DNA of 6,041 bases. Origin: Thermoplasmatota archaeon. GTDB taxonomy: Archaea > Thermoplasmatota > E2 > DHVEG-1. This document shows, piece by piece, positions 5,202 to 6,041 of this stretch. Position 1 is the first letter of the stretch. The number at the start of each line of letters is the position of its first letter. The notes below the pieces were generated by a model that was not told where the DNA came from, ran no database searches, and saw nothing but the letters and a program-made list of their open reading frames with translations. The stretch covers positions 1-6,041 of the forward strand of contig JAGXLH010000095.1 of assembly GCA_018334795.1 (NCBI GenBank). The letters are read 5' to 3'. The position numbers were made by a program, and so were the translations under genes.

Positions 5202-6041
5202 ATGGTAACCAAAGCACCGCTATTTCATCGTATTAAAATGGGGCTAGCATATCGTCCCTATTTTTCGTTTTATGGATTGATGTATTTTCGTTCTTGGTTA
5301 CGTAATGAAAAAATTCATTTGTTTGATGGAAAGATTCGCATTAATTCTTTCATTCCGCCTTGGCCATCTGTTGCTCATAAACGATTATTACATGCTGCTT
5401 TTTCAAAAGAACGTATTCCTTTTCAGGTGTATTATGCTGTTACTGGGAAGTGTCCTTGTCACTGTGTTCATTGCAGTTATTTGAAACGAACTGGTATTGA
5501 ATTGTCGGCTAGTGAAAGCCTTGGATTTATTGATCAGGTAAAACAACTTGGTTGTTCGTTGATTGGATTTACTGGTGGTGAACCATTGCTTCGAAAGGAT
5601 TTGGAATCCATGATATCTTTTTGTAAACCAGAACTTGCCACCGTGTTATTTACTACCGGCCACGGATTAACGGTGAAACGAGCTCAAGCGTTAAAACAAG
5701 CAGATTTAGACTGGTTCACTGTTGGTTTTGAAAGTGCGAATGAAAAAAAGCATGATGTTATTCGAAAGTATCCTGGTTCCTTTCAAAAAGCAGTTGATGC
5801 AATACATAGGGCTCAAGATGCTGGATTGTACACAGCGATTTCAACGGTAGCATCAAAAAGTAAAGTGAACCAGGGTGAAATTGAACGATTATATGATTTC
5901 GCTAAGGATCATAATATTGGTGAATTTCGTATTATTCCATATGTTGCTACGGGTGGAGGAGTGGGTAAAACTGAGGAGATGCTTAGTTTTAAGGAATATG
6001 ATTATTTAACCTCGTTTCATAAAAAAATGAATAAGAAAAAA
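5202..6041 (+). CDS. Radical SAM domain protein (3'-truncated by the window edge; 280 codons visible), function unknown
   Basis: My own translation. ATG 5202 is immediately preceded by an in-frame tga (5199-5201), and the frame stays open to 6041. It reads MVTKAPLFHRIKMGLAYRPYF...IPFQVYYAVTGKCPCHCVHCSY...LIGFTGGEPLLRKD...FTTGHGL...VGFESANEKKHDVIRK.... The CxxxCxxC [4Fe-4S] motif is CPCHCVHC (5451-5474), followed by the GGE SAM-binding motif. Confidence 0.85.
   Translation, partial: MVTKAPLFHRIKMGLAYRPYFSFYGLMYFRSWLRNEKIHLFDGKIRINSFIPPWPSVAHKRLLHAAFSKERIPFQVYYAVTGKCPCHCVHCSYLKRTGIELSASESLGFIDQVKQLGCSLIGFTGGEPLLRKDLESMISFCKPELATVLFTTGHGLTVKRAQALKQADLDWFTVGFESANEKKHDVIRKYPGSFQKAVDAIHRAQDAGLYTAISTVASKSKVNQGEIERLYDFAKDHNIGEFRIIPYVATGGGVGKTEEMLSFKEYDYLTSFHKKMNKKK

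Noticed and set aside
5009-5212. 67-aa minus-strand ORF from the track
   Set aside because: Its 3' part overlaps the tRNA-Gln(CUG) gene and its start overlaps the radical SAM start. It covers the divergent promoter region and has no support as a protein.
1-6041. Giant-virus origin (AT-rich genome encoding an aaRS plus tRNAs and an IS200-like gene)
   Set aside because: The GlnRS is bacterial-type rather than eukaryotic-type. The tRNAs have A1-U72 rather than the eukaryotic G1-C72. SD sequences precede the operon genes. I saw no enrichment of the mimivirus-type AAAATTGA promoter motif upstream of genes.
1-6041. Frequent A/T homopolymer runs of 7-8 nt inside genes (e.g. 1296-1303, 2763-2770, 2924-2931) as possible frameshift or phase-variation sites
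   Set aside because: All affected ORFs are intact and collinear with their families. The runs simply encode Lys/Phe-rich segments in an AT-rich genome.

Overview
AT-rich (about one-third G+C by eye), densely coding prokaryotic window. (1) Positions 1-704 are a GC-rich, hairpin-bearing island around an IS200/IS605-type Y1/HUH transposase gene (157-642, +), which has no ATG start. (2) A long co-directional minus-strand run (5030 down to 898) carries tRNA-Gln(CUG), glutaminyl-tRNA synthetase, tRNA-Gln(UUG), a CrtZ-type carotenoid hydroxylase, and a translationally coupled PDS/ZDS/CrtU-like FAD desaturase. (3) A radical SAM gene (5202 to beyond 6041, +) is transcribed divergently. It is absent from the ORF track because it runs off the window edge. 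I see no CRISPR array, rRNA, or recognisable defence or toxin system, and no clear-cut novel multi-gene system. The most unusual feature is the glutamine cassette. A GlnRS that closely resembles bacterial (E. coli-like) GlnRS is bracketed by both tRNA-Gln isoacceptors, and their cloverleaves carry the archaeal A1-U72 signature with a G73 discriminator. This suggests an archaeon that acquired direct glutaminylation, but homology and genome-context searches I cannot run are needed. Four of the six track ORFs (87-281, 1167-1349, 4448-4642, 5009-5212) look spurious.
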